Shown here in pieces: positions 40,801 to 53,381 of a DNA stretch of 64,000 bases (its first letter is position 1; each line of letters begins with the position of its first letter). Source of the DNA: Pecten maximus (lineage: Eukaryota). A program made the translations under genes and the position numbers. Under the pieces are notes generated by a model, which was not told where the DNA came from, did no database searches, and saw nothing but the letters and a program-made list of their open reading frames with translations. The stretch is taken from contig NC_047019.1 of NCBI RefSeq assembly GCF_902652985.1, positions 25,730,001 to 25,794,000 on the forward strand, read 5' to 3'.

Positions 40801-42876
40801 AAAATATGTTTAAAAGGTGCAAAGCAGCAATTTTTTCGACCGCTGACTATAGTTCTCGGGGCTATAAATAGCCCCAGAGAACCAAAAACACTTCAGTTGC
40901 TTACCTGGCGAAATTAAAATACAATGTCCTGACTTCCATTGTGTACCATTTTCTGCCCTGGTCAACGTCAGCGTCAACATGTCTGCTGTCCCGAAATTGT
41001 CCACCGACGTAGCAGGGATCGGGCTACAACCGGTCTCGGTAAAACCAGCAGATGTAGTGGAGGTGATACGAAGTTTACTTGCACAGTTAAGATCTGTTTC
41101 TACTCCCGGATATTCCTGTACTGTCACTGTTGTTGTACGTGATATTTTCGTATTCAGTGTAACGGTACATGTACAACTGTATATCCCCGGGCCTCCCGTA
41201 CCCCAGGTGTCTATTACCATACGTGTGTTATATAGTATCGCCTCCTTGACACATAGTCATAACTACAATTGCAAACAAGAAATAAATATAATACATTTAA
41301 TTCAATACCATTCCCGACAAATAGTAATTACACTCTACTGTGAATTTGATCCTGCCTTAAAATTCCTGTAATTTCTTAAACATAGGCAGCAAATTATATT
41401 AAATTATTCGTTCTCAATTGTTCTGTTCTAAAACATGTTGAAACTCTTATCATTATTTGTGATATTTTTCCTTGTCTGATTGTTTTTAATTCCAGATAGG
41501 TTTGTTAACGGAAACCTAATCTCCTGGTTCCAGATTCATCAATTCACGGTAAAAAAAATAGTTATGAACCTTAATGCGTTCCTATGGAAAATGTTAAGCT
41601 AAGAATGTTATTACGTTAAAGAACGTTAATGAAACTGGAGCCAGATAATAATAGCATACCGTGATTAAAATTTTCTAGCTTAGTCTGATCCGTACATGGC
41701 GTTGTAATGATCCCTGTAATAGATACTTTACATCAACATTGATATAGAATAATAATTTTGATCTACATTGAATGTAAAGTAGCATGAAATGAAATAGAAA
41801 GTTGGTGTAATTGTTATCCATACACATGGACTGCATTTATATAGGAACGCAGTCAGTACATTAAAATAGAGCACCATTTAACATGCAAAACAAAGCTAAA
41901 CAAATAAATGTAAAAATTGTTAATAAAACTCGAGCGGAAAGTATAAACAAAAACATGGTTAACATGTTGGTGGTTTTTTTATGAGGATAATAAAACGAGA
42001 TATTCCGGAAGGGTAATCGTAACCCTCGCAGCTCACATCCTCAAAGCTAATCTAGGATAATAGATTATTTTCAGGTGAAATCATGACGACCATTGACCTC
42101 TTGCTCACTCTCTTTAAAATCATATTTCTAAGCGTCTTTCTTAGCAGTCGACATCTTTTACGAGGAATAGTGATAGTTAGGACTGGTTTTAGAATTTTAT
42201 AACATAAATACATAATAGCGCATAAAACGATATCCTCGTACGTATACGAAAGGGAAAATTGAAATAGATTTCAGTGTGATGAAAGAGGTGCATGTTAAAC
42301 TACATTACCAATACCAATATTGGTGTCAAATCACACCGAGTGAGTCATTGGTAATTTTCATCAGAAATTACACATTCACATATCATAACTGTATTAAAAA
42401 ATCCAATGACATGATTATTTTTTTTATTTATTTTCATTGTTTATATTGTTTGACAGATAATACCACACACGTAACGTGGAACCTAAAATAAAACATGTTG
42501 AGCCTTGTAAATAAACAAATACAACTAATCGCTGAACACCCAGACAATACTTTCATGTGTTATAATCGTACAGATCACGCTGCAATAGTATGTTATTAAC
42601 ATAGATTTTATTCGGCGTGAATATTAGAATACTAGTATATACCTCCTCATTATTTACAGCTTCAAACATGTAACATGGCATCATGTACTATATTTAATAG
42701 TAATAATAGTTATCAACATCTTAACTTTGTCACACAATAATTTGATCAGTAGTGTCAGTGAAATCGCCTTTGATATTTACTTCCGCATCAGAGTTACCTG
42801 TAACACACACGCTGAGAAGTAACCACACAGACGTAATTACTGTCAGTACGCTGAGCTTGTCCTCCCTGCCTCTCAT
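31853..42876 (-). CDS. Receptor B: ITIM-bearing type-I membrane protein, about 471 aa if one +1 frameshift in exon 3 is corrected (possible pseudogene). Exons 42876-42798, 41713-41660, 41262-40905, 39206-38904, 38144-38066, 32396-31853
   Basis: Signal MRGREDKLSVLTVITSVWLLLSVCVT; 8-Cys domain; Thr/Pro stalk; TM GIIAGTAGGGGLLVVIAIIVGVVIS; tail with DMYAQV, DVYAVV, LVYAEV and VVYAEV. Exon sizes 79/54/358/303/79/544 compare with 79/55/357/222/79/514 in paralog C. Confidence 0.82.
32525..33050 (+). mobile_element. CR1/L2-type LINE 3' fragment; its tail resumes at about 34310-34400 after a nested insertion
   Basis: LVRP.LEYAASV, then ENMQRRATKLIPGFKNISYPEQLQRLNLPTLQHHRTRGDMINVFKIL, characteristic of the CR1 ORF2 C-terminus. 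A tandem ATGCTAATAA tail lies near 34376-34396. Confidence 0.85.
33058..34309 (+). mobile_element. Internally deleted Crypton-like element nested in the CR1
   Basis: Flanked by a 7-bp direct repeat ATTACAC (33051-33057, 34310-34316). Subterminal inverted repeat TTTTTATCATATGA / TCATATGATAAAAA. Long 3' hairpin at 34164-34298. Relic ORF 33525-33806 (MFSGNIHGGTFHI..KRRR..DSDSE) resembles C-termini of Crypton tyrosine-recombinase proteins; family assignment is from recall. Confidence 0.6.
34850..35120 (-). mobile_element. 3' fragment of a non-LTR retrotransposon (RTE-X-like C-terminal Cys/His motif)
   Basis: RLSSHKLNIETGRY..NRMCTYCDSGDVEDAYHFIVKC. Confidence 0.75.
35121..35563. repeat. Three near-identical tandem copies of a 147-bp unit
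   Basis: TTGACATTTG recurs at 35147, 35294 and 35441. Confidence 0.95.
36760..37730. repeat. 22-bp minisatellite (ACATCTGTTTAACCTGTACCCT)n with a homogeneous 54-bp higher-order core at about 36880-37140
   Basis: Visible directly; the core gives the 18-aa periodic ORFs at 36864 and 36875. Confidence 0.95.
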
Positions 42877-44463
42877 GGTTTCCCTGGATATAACAACAGT
42901 GTACACCGTCAGTTTAGGTGATGTTTCCCCGATCACGATTTTACTCCATAGCTTTGTGTTATAGTGGTATAAAGCAGGAAGTTAAATCGCGATGTATTTA
43001 ACTAAATATAGCATGTATTTCCTGCAGTCAAACCGGTCGAACGTCTTTGTTGTTCCTGTTCTATTGACTCAGTGGAGCGATACAGTGTACACGTTGACAT
43101 GACACACTGTAAGGTTGCTTTCGTGTAATAGTTATGTTGTCACTCTACCCGGGAGAGTTATTTTACTATTAAAGATTGATACGTTTGATGGTTCTAGTTT
43201 ACATTCAAAATAAAATCGATAGAGAAACTGATCATCCATTTTATCAAGTTAGTGACAAAATATTCTTTTTGCTTTACATTTTCGGAAAACATCAAAAATG
43301 GATGCATTGGAAAAAACAAACAATATCCGTGGTTTCAATAGCTCAATATACAATAACATATGTATGCTGAGATTCCTTGTTTCGTTTTATCATTTTAATC
43401 CATTAAGGACATAGGATCTAGGAAATCTCCTCACAAACAGTTTTAATTGACATAACTGTATAATAGGTAATTAAAAAACGTGTTAAACCATCTTTTACTC
43501 GGAATATTTCGCAAGAAATGCTACATTTGTATGTTGAAAATCAGTAAGTTACTGTTATCGGTGCGATAATAAGGCGTTCATAGAAAACATTCGTCTACAT
43601 CTTCTTAGCTACCATTATGACAGAGGGGAAAAAATTGTAAAATATTTTCTAAATTCATTTATTCACCTTGAAAGTCGTTTCAAAGAAAACTGGACATATA
43701 CGTGTATCTTTCACGAAAATATCGTAAATTGCAGGACTTTAACATACAAAATGATGTAATCAAACATGCACAGCTTTCATTATTTTTTACAGAAAATATA
43801 AACCTATCCAAAACATAAATTAATGAAACTATTTACGCTTTTCCTTCAGATAAATCCGGTTTTTTTTTGGTTTTTTTTTCACATTTCAATTTCCCAGACA
43901 TGAATACATTGGAAGGCTGCCAGGGATGGGGTCATCGGGTCAGTCTCCAAAATATGAACAACGTACCCACACAGGGGCCTCTCACTCACCACACAACTGA
44001 TACCTGTTAAATACATCAAACTCTCTCACGTAAACATCATCACATCACATTAGCATTAACTTACATTCATTCTCTTACCCAGATTATCAATAATTGATAA
44101 ATAGTTGTTGTTTTTTTAGTGCTAAGAAATTTGCTCTTACATGTAATTGTTAGTTTTGCTCATTTTTTTTTTTTTTCATTTATAATACATAATACAGGCA
44201 TCACAAACACCTTAATTATTATCACTGCCTATTCTAGTATCAACATACTCGCATACACACGTACATGTATATGATAACACGAGTTATTAGCACATACACA
44301 TACATGTATAAATACACTTACACTCGCATTATTCGTATTCACCAAACACCCTTCCCACACTCAAATAATTTGAATATCATAAACACACACCTTCAAATAT
44401 CAACTGTATAACAGGGATTACTATAAATATACGAACGTATAGACATGTCCTCATTCTAACAGA

Positions 44464-44464
44464 T

Positions 44465-44555
<91 letters not shown>
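44464..44555. repeat. (CT)n microsatellite
   Basis: Pure dinucleotide run of about 90 bp. Confidence 0.99.
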
Positions 44556-44558
<3 letters not shown>

Positions 44559-44799
44559 GAGTAAATATAACACTTCGATTTACATCATTATCTTTACATA
44601 TAAATAACAAGTTTTAGTACATTTTTTAGAACAAGGCACTCTGAACCTCAGTAATATCAGCATTGCACTTTGCTGTTGATTTTTATTTTTCATCATTGTA
44701 AATCGTTCGATAAATTATCATACATTAACATATAATAACATCATTACTTTTATAATATTTAGTTATACCAGTAATTTTATCTAATAGTTCTTAAAATAT

Positions 44800-46200
44800 T
44801 CTGAACATAAACTGTTGGTACTATTTTTCTTTTCTGTGTTTTCCTGAACATGGTTAGATTATTCCTTTTTTTTTTTTTAATTTTTTCATGAATGATATGA
44901 ATTGTAGATGTCTTTTTATTGTATAAATGAGAGTTGTGCTGTATTGAGAAGCACAGAGAGATTTCCTCGACATCCGAGAATCAGGTTTTCAATTACCAAC
45001 ATTTCTTCTCTCAATCCTGGAATATGGTCTAGTATTTGTGAAGAACACATGTTCAGAATATCTTTATATTCATAAAAAAGGTGAACAACATCTTCGATTT
45101 GGTTCTTGCAAAAATGGCACATACCATTTGAATTACCAAATCTAGTTATTTTTGATTCGGTTTATATAATATTATGTACACACTTCCATTGTAATTCTTT
45201 CATTTGCGTTGTGGTGATAGTATTTGTTATATTTTGCCATATTAATTCCCAATGAAATTGTTTTTGAAATTCGAATTCCCATTTTATTTTGCACGAAGAA
45301 ATACCATCTGTCTTCATTTTATTTGCTATCATTTTCGGTTTAAGGTTAGCGCAAGATATCTGTTTTGCATCTTTTCCTATTATATTAAGATTGGCGTTTA
45401 TAATTAGGTACACACATTCTCTTACCCTGACATCATTTCCTTTCAGAATATTAAGCTATTCGTTCGGAAACGCATGTTTAAATTCGCCAGTTCAGAGATG
45501 CAGTTTCTTTTATCTATCAAGATATTGTATATTTCACGATCTTCGTTTCTCTTTTCATCCCATCATTCTTTAACTGCAAAAGTGTTGCTTTTTAGAAAGG
45601 AAGATAAAAATATAGGCATTCTGTTATACTGGATAAAATGATTTCCAAAGATGGGCTGATCTAGTATTCCATTTCTGCTAATATTGGAGAGGTTGGACTT
45701 TTGAAAATGTGCCAAGCTTCAATAAGTTTAATCTAGTGTTCGAATGTCTGATAGCTTGATTAAGAAATAATCTCTGTATTTTTCATCCATATAGCAAATC
45801 CAGTGTTTACCAATCACATTATATGTGTCGTTTTCACTTTTTATTATCTTGTACATTTATTTTATTTGTATGCTGAAAATAAAGCCTTTTATATCAACAA
45901 TCTCCATACGCCCTTCTTCGAATGTTTTTGACATTATTCTGCGGTTGACTAAATCTCTCTTTTCATTCCATACGAACTTCCATATTAATAATTTGATTTC
46001 ATTGCTATACCTTTCAGGAATACCACGAGCCTCTACTTCGAATTCTATAAGAGATATAATCAATGATTTAATTATCAAGCTCTTACCGTATAATGATGAG
46101 TTTCTGCTTTTCCATATCTGCACACATGCCTTAATCTTTTTATTTTTTCTTCCAATTACCTGTTCTGGATCATCAATATTTCTTCTGACGTCGTTTGTTC
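44800..46200 (-). mobile_element. Degenerate L1/Tx1-like LINE 3' part
   Basis: KIKACVQIWKSRNSSLYGKSLIIKSLIIS, LIWKFVW, ELQWKCVHNII and CHFCKNQIEDVVHLFYE. Confidence 0.8.
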
Positions 46201-47479
46201 CCAAACTAAGTGTGACGTTTTTAATGTCGGCGGTTTTTTTGGGATCAACGATAAAGCTCTCTTTATGACAGCGTCTACTTTTTCAAGTGACGCAACCGAA
46301 ATAGAACCGTCGACTACGTTCTTTTCTAGGATAGATATCCGTTAAACATTGGACGCTCCCAGTATCAGTGATATGTCACTCTATTTAACTTGTTTCAGGG
46401 AAGTTTCGTCAATGTTTGTTTGAGTGTCATTTGTCGCCTTACGATTACTTTCATACTCCGTCATTTCTCTGCCATCCATCACATCATTATTTTACTCGCC
46501 ATATAGGTTCATTGGACAATTTTGTTGTAAATGTCCATTCTTTTTACAGATAAAACAACAGTTTTCTTCTTTTAGGGACAGTCATGTGCTAAATGGGCCT
46601 CGCTTATGCAGAGGTAACACTCTTTGATTCGCACGGTTTTATTTGGGCATTTATAAGACGAATGTTTTTAAGTTTTTAATTGTCTAAGTTTCCTTTTAAT
46701 CATAGTTATGATGTAATATGAATATGGCAGGCCAAAATAAAAAAAAATCGGCATAGGGATAAAATTGCATAGTGTTGACAGACATACAAAATTAAGATCA
46801 GGGCACAAAGGAAAAACTAAACAAATGCAAATACCATGGCTTATAATAGTAAGAATTAGGTAAATTTGGATAACCCAAGTAGTACGCTTTTAATAGTGAT
46901 ACACTAATAATTATTAGGAATTGTTTGGGTATTTGAGGCATTGAAAGGTCTGTTCAAGTTATTGTTTGCGTTCGCAACCAAGACTGACGTGATGCATGAT
47001 AGGATACTCCCAAACGCAGACGATATAGTTTAAGAAGGAAACATATATCCAGCCACTCCATACTAAATAATTACATATTTACCAAACAATATTGACAAGC
47101 TGATTATAATTTACGATCTTAGGACATAAAATGGGCAACAGCTACGATTTCTTATATTTAAAAATAATTATTCATATCGTCCAAAATATCGCCGGTAATG
47201 CTATACAATGTAGTTGACTTACAAAGTCAATTCTAATAACAATAGATATACCAATATTTGTATTTATCGTGTTTGTCAAGTTATTTAAATTCCAGGATAC
47301 AGGACAGGATCGAACCTGAGTTTATGTAACTCCTTCTTTTTTCTGTATATCTGCCATAAAAGTTTTTTCAACACAACCTGGGTTGAAAATACGGTAGCAA
47401 GAGGGGCAACATCTTTATACTTTGTTAGAATACATCAGGTCCATTGAAGAAATGCTAAAATTGTATATACATGTGCATG

Positions 47480-49310
47480 TATAAAGTATTTAATTCTAAT
47501 TTGCTGAAAGTTTTCCCATGTTTGAATAAAAACTTGCAATTTGTTTTGTTTTTGTGCGATTGCTTTATGTATTTAGTACATTTTTGTTATGTATGCTTTC
47601 AATTCGTTGATATGTATGTCTGATTTTTTCCTGGATGTGAGACATATGTAGTGTTATGAGTATAGTATTATACAATTCCTTAGAATCATTATTTGGTTTT
47701 TGATCTTTTGTTGAAAAACCGAATAGAATGACCTTGATATTAACCTTCGATTTATTTGCAGTTTTTCAAACACCCAAAGTTCAATGTTCTCCAGATCGTT
47801 CTAACTTTCTTTCAGTTCCAAAATATGTGTTCCATAGTTTCTTTCTGATAGTTACAAAGATCGCAAGAGCCATTTTTAGGTTTGTTTATTAATTTTTAAT
47901 GGTTATTATTGGGAGTATTCTTTTCTGTTGCCTGAAATGAAACCAGTGTAAAGTATTTTGTGTTGTGGGGAATGGTATCATTTAACGCTGTTTCCAAACT
48001 TCTGGTGTGTATTGTGTTGTTCTTCCCATTTAACTTCTACTGTGTTCCTTGAGATATTTATCTTATTTATTGTTTTATATATATATAGATTCCCTTTCTG
48101 TTTCTAAGTAGTATGTGGTCAGGTATATATGGTCTATTAAATGGTTCTGTTAATTGCATTGTTATGTTCTTTATTCTACATTGATGTTGTATTTCCTGAC
48201 AAAGCCCCCTAAACAATATGAAAATATTTGACTGTATTCTGAATATTCCTCAAATTTGAGAAAAAAAATGTACCATTTTAGACATAAGATCCCAAACATT
48301 TTTACCACCTTTCGCATACCATTCCATGCAGGAAATTGATATTATTTTCTAACTGAAATGAACAATTGTGCCTTACAGGAGATTTCATTATATCGTTTTG
48401 TGGTTCATTTTTGCTCGTTACATTATTCCAAGCTATCAGCCAAGTTTTTGTTCTAATATCTTTAATCTATGGGGGTATATTTCTGCACTAAACTTAGACC
48501 TAATCTAGATAACTGAGGTTTTTTCCTTATTAACTTCAAGCCCCAAAATCTGAGCCTATCGTTCTATTGTATCTAATGTTTCTTTAAATTTTTCGGAGCA
48601 ATTTTGAGATAAAGGTGGTGTCATCAGGAAATTTCGAGAGTTTATGGCTTATTTGATGAACTTCTATCCCTTTAATATTATTACTATTTACTAAAATTTC
48701 TGCAATAATGATGAAGACATAAGGATATATTGGATCTCTTTGTCTGCAGCCTCTATTCAGTGAAAAGAAATTTGATAGCGAGCGATTTCGCAATATAGCT
48801 GATGATGCATGTTTTGTAAGAGTTTTAATCCACTGTTTTATGTTTTATGTTTTAGGTCCAAAATTTGAAAAAAAAAATCAATTGCTTTTTCCATGAACTG
48901 CCGTGACACTGATTCGAATGCTTTTTCGAAATCAATCAAAATGATTAATTCTTGGATGTTATTTTCTTTTTTAAATTTTATATGAGCCTGGTATTCCCTC
49001 CTAAATATCTACCGCATAGAAATCCTGTTTGCGTATCAGATATAATTGTGTTCGGAACGTTTTTCTTTTAAATGTTTTCGATTCGAGCTGAGGCCAGTTT
49101 TTAAGTTACATTAAGAAGTGTGATTGGTCTCCAATTTTTCAAATATTCACGTGCTATATTTTATTTTGGTAAGCATGAAATAATCCCTTGTTTTTTGTGT
49201 TATTAAGAGCAGTTTTTTTTTTTTTACTTTATACTGTATTCAGTAAACGTTTAATACAAATCTTTATATCTTTCCGGAGAAAAATGATAGAATCTGCTGG
49301 TATGATATCT
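47480..49310 (-). mobile_element. Degenerate L1/Tx1-like LINE with reverse-transcriptase remnants
   Basis: NWRPITLLNV, IDFEKAFESV, RGCRQRDPIYPYVFIIIAEIL and KFPDDTT (decayed YADD) in broken minus frames. Confidence 0.85.
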
Positions 49311-51164
49311 GAATCGTGTGGTTTGTTATTTTTCATATCCATTGTCAATTACATGTAATACCGATAAGTATAAGGAGTAAAATATATATACTTAAAAGTT
49401 ATAGCGATGACGTTATTCCCCTAGACATAAGACATTTACGTCGGATTCAGAGGTCAGTCTCCTTTCTGCTGGTCCGGACGGGGGATAAATCGATTTATAA
49501 ACACTACAAGGGTTGCTCATGAAATATGTATAAGGAGGGGCAATTAAGAAAGTTGAGCGATTTCATCAAAAGTTGTTTTATATCTATATTCCATCATCAT
49601 CAGATTTCCAAGTTGTACAGCATAAGATGGTACGTTCGGTTGTTGTATCTATAACGTAGGTACATACATGTAAAGCGATACAATGTATAGGGCCAGTGTT
49701 CACTTATCTATATTTACATGTGCGTGTCTTGATATTTATCAGCTATTTGCACATTGAAATTCGATTCCAAATTCGCAATGTGTTGAAATCAAAATTTGGT
49801 TTCTTTTCAATTCGTTTTGAACAGACTATATTTATCGACAAAAAAACTAGCTGGTTAACAATTCAATTTATACGGCATTGTACACCAACTGGTGTACAGG
49901 TAAATTATCGTCTTTCTAAGCTGTTGTTATGTTTTCATGTCTACATGTTTACATTAATTGTGTATGATAATACATACAGTGATCGGTTTCCGTTTTAGTC
50001 AACTTTCAGACCTGTACAGATAATCACCAGAACACGTGTCGTGTTACTTGTGTCCTTCGAATGATTGATTAACTTAATTGGTATGTGTGAAATTTTCCCA
50101 AAATGAACTGGATAGGGGCGATTATCGGCGACCAGTTAGCTCAATGGTAGCGCTTCCGGTAAGTGCTCGGAGGTCCACTTATGCATTTTCCCATTCCTCT
50201 TACATATTTATGTGTATTAGTTTAGTTTATTCATATCTACACATTTTCATGGATATGATTTGGTACTGGTCCCTCAGTCAAAGAATCGCAACATTGCTTC
50301 ACTACATGTCATGAAGTTTTTTACCGCAATTTCGATAGAGCCCACCAAGGATACAATATTATAGGCGTTTATCGTCCTCGGACCAGTGTTGACAACGAAA
50401 ATCAATGAGACAAAAGCAGTTAAAAACACACAGAAAGAGAGCACATACAAGAAGACAGGACAGGGCAGTACAGAAAGAATGATATTAAGATCCAAAGTGT
50501 TACAATCCGGGCAGCAGGCCAGTTCGGGTCTTTTCAAAACAAAGCAGAGGAGGGCGCATTCAGGAAAGAAAGAAACGACAGTAAAACAATTATGGTATAA
50601 AGTATGGAAAGCCGTATGGGACCCCGGACTTTCCACAACCCAACTGTAAAGCTGAGAGTAGATCAATTTCGGTATTTTCAGTGTTACGGAAGTAAAAGCC
50701 TGCAGGGTCTCGCTTTCAGTCAATTCATTAAAAGGATACGAAGGTATTGGCCGTCTTATCCGCCTATTTCGAGACACGTGTACAATAACAAATGATCTGA
50801 AAGTAAACAGAAACGGAACTTTAAAAAGTGTCCGGTGACCGGGAAATTAAAACTAGCTTTAGAATGTAATAATGGTTTAATTAAAAACAGTGAACCACTC
50901 TGTCGTCTGTGAAAATTTCGTTCATGTTAGTCTAGTTCACTAGTCCAGGTTGGTGTCGCCTCTCCCCGATAGAAGATTTATGGGACGAGTTGGACAAACG
51001 AATATGACGTAGGCCGAACCCTCTAATCAATGTCGTCGAGAAATCGTAACATGCATTTAAGTGTTCAACACAGATGCTGAATGTGTGCAAGATTTGTTTC
51101 TACCACAATACGCCGTGTTATTCCACTCTCAAGCCATTGTATAAATGTGTCGACTGTTGGATAA

Positions 51165-51562
51165 ATATATGTTATATACCACTAGTGGTATATCACCTTC
51201 CGGTCTTTTGATTGGTCAAGAATTTGAACTTTTACTCAAGCTGCAATTGTTATTGACGTCATCAATAATTGAATGATGTCACATCACCGGGTTCCGGACG
51301 TCACAGGTACACTTTATTTGCATACGCGAAATTATACTTGGCCACGTTTCCCTTTGATTCAAGCCGATATTATTGTGGTAGAAACAGGTCACACGATTCG
51401 TGATTGTTGGATATGGAATTTATTTCACACTCGTAAGTTATTTTTTAAAAGTTGCAAAAGACACTCGCTAAAGCTCGTGTCTTTTATAACATTTAAAAAA
51501 TAACTTACTCGTGTGGAATACATTCCATATTCAACAATCACCACGTTGTGTAACCTCTATTT
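51165..51562 (+). mobile_element. Short non-autonomous element of the same hairpin class as 33058-34309 (Crypton-like)
   Basis: 5' palindrome TATACCACTAGTGGTATA, a GATTGG box, and a long 3' imperfect hairpin (about 51390-51552) with CTCG bulges ending in CCTCTAT. Confidence 0.55.
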
Positions 51563-53381
51563 ATCTCTCAGAACGGACTTATACTGGGCATCAAACTATT
51601 CACCAAAATCACCATACCTTATACCTTTACATATTCAGCCGATGTAGCCGCTTTGTCCTGGTACCGCTTTGTTTCATTGATCGAAGCTTTTGGTATTTTT
51701 TTTCCATTTCTCCACAATTATTAATTTCCTAAAGAAACGTATAACTTATAATATTTCCAGAGTACATATGTATTTATTTCTTTTGTAACAGATCAATACA
51801 AGCGTTGATTTACATTTTATGTTGAGGAATGTCAAATTTTTCGTTCAATTTTATCTTCCTATTTTACAAAAACAAATTACACAAAAAACAAAACCAAAAT
51901 CATGACTAATTTATTGAAACGGTAAAACATAGCATTATTATATATTAAGTCAAATAATAAAGCTATATAGTTTGGCAAGATGAAATAAGTAATAATGCTA
52001 TATGCAGATACTTGTTTATATCCGAACAAAATATAGACCGTTGTTTTTTTATTTTTTTTTTTTTAAGATAGGCATATATTCTATATAACTCCTGCAGTAT
52101 ACGTGTTTGGTAATTAACGACAAAAAAGTAAAACAATTACACTGATCAGGCAAAGGCACTCAGGGTTTGTCAACTTCAGTAGGTGTGCAAATGTTATATT
52201 TGATATAAGAAAAGTGCTAACCATTGAGAATGTCAGCTTATTTTATCTACAATATTTGCCTGTTGTAATATATTTCACAATACATTATTTATCCACGCTC
52301 GACTTTTTATAATTACATAATCACAACATGGAATCAAATAGAACAGAAACAAGACAGCATTTCTGATGTCAAAGACTACAAAGGGGAAATAAGCAGGATT
52401 TCATGACAGAATGTCACTGCAGCTGTAACACACAATCAGACCTACACTTAGAATGACATATCATACACATTGTATATTTTAAGATAATGGATAATATATT
52501 TAATTATTTACGAAAGAAGCTTTCGCTTTCGTTTTTAACGAAAGCAACATAACTTTGATAGCATTTACTGCTAATACTTAGTGCACAGTCTATTTAATGG
52601 TAAGTGGAGTAGGTGGATTAGACGTGAATTGGAAGTAAGAAAACAATTGATGTTAAACATAATGAAATACTTATCGTGTTTATAATTAAAGATATAATTA
52701 CATAAAAATTAATATAGCTATCAATACAAGATTAACAATTCAACACAACTGTAGCACCACCATATTTAAGCTACTAAGACAGTATTTGATATGTTTCAAA
52801 TGTCATTTAACACGTCTGTAGCTAAATATGAATTAACATTTACAAAACCATATTAACAAACCTGAAAAAGGCTTCTGATGATCATCGCAATATAAGATTA
52901 TAATAACCGACAAACAAACGTATACACATATACACAACAGGTTTGCGGGTTGTTCTTGCATAACATCCTAGCAACAAATCAAGTGACATTTAAGGAAGGT
53001 ATCCAATTGATTGGGACCGCTTTATAGCGACAATATCATGATGGAGGTACATTGACATGACATATCCCAAGTTATACTGACAACAGAATAAGTTAGACAT
53101 GTTCCTTTGTACAGCCCCTTTAAAGCTAATCGTCGACCACTTTTAATGACTTTTGTATGTCATAGCTCTAGCCTGTTTCACAGGAGAAAACACTTAAATC
53201 AGGAATTAGCTGAATTTTGGCGCCTATAACGAATCATAAAAACAAAAACTACAATTATTAAGAAAATTCAGAAAAACAATATCAAATAAATTACGTCATT
53301 TGTTTTAGACTATATTTATGTTATTTCGGACCGGGATTCCTAAATAACAGAACACTACTCTGTAGTACAATATTAGTGGAG

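Noticed and set aside
44377-44610. (RE)n ORF
   Set aside because: Translation of the (CT)n microsatellite.
50274-50795. Overlapping ORFs up to 167 aa
   Set aside because: No recognisable motif or splice context; possibly a decayed TE, but I cannot support a call.
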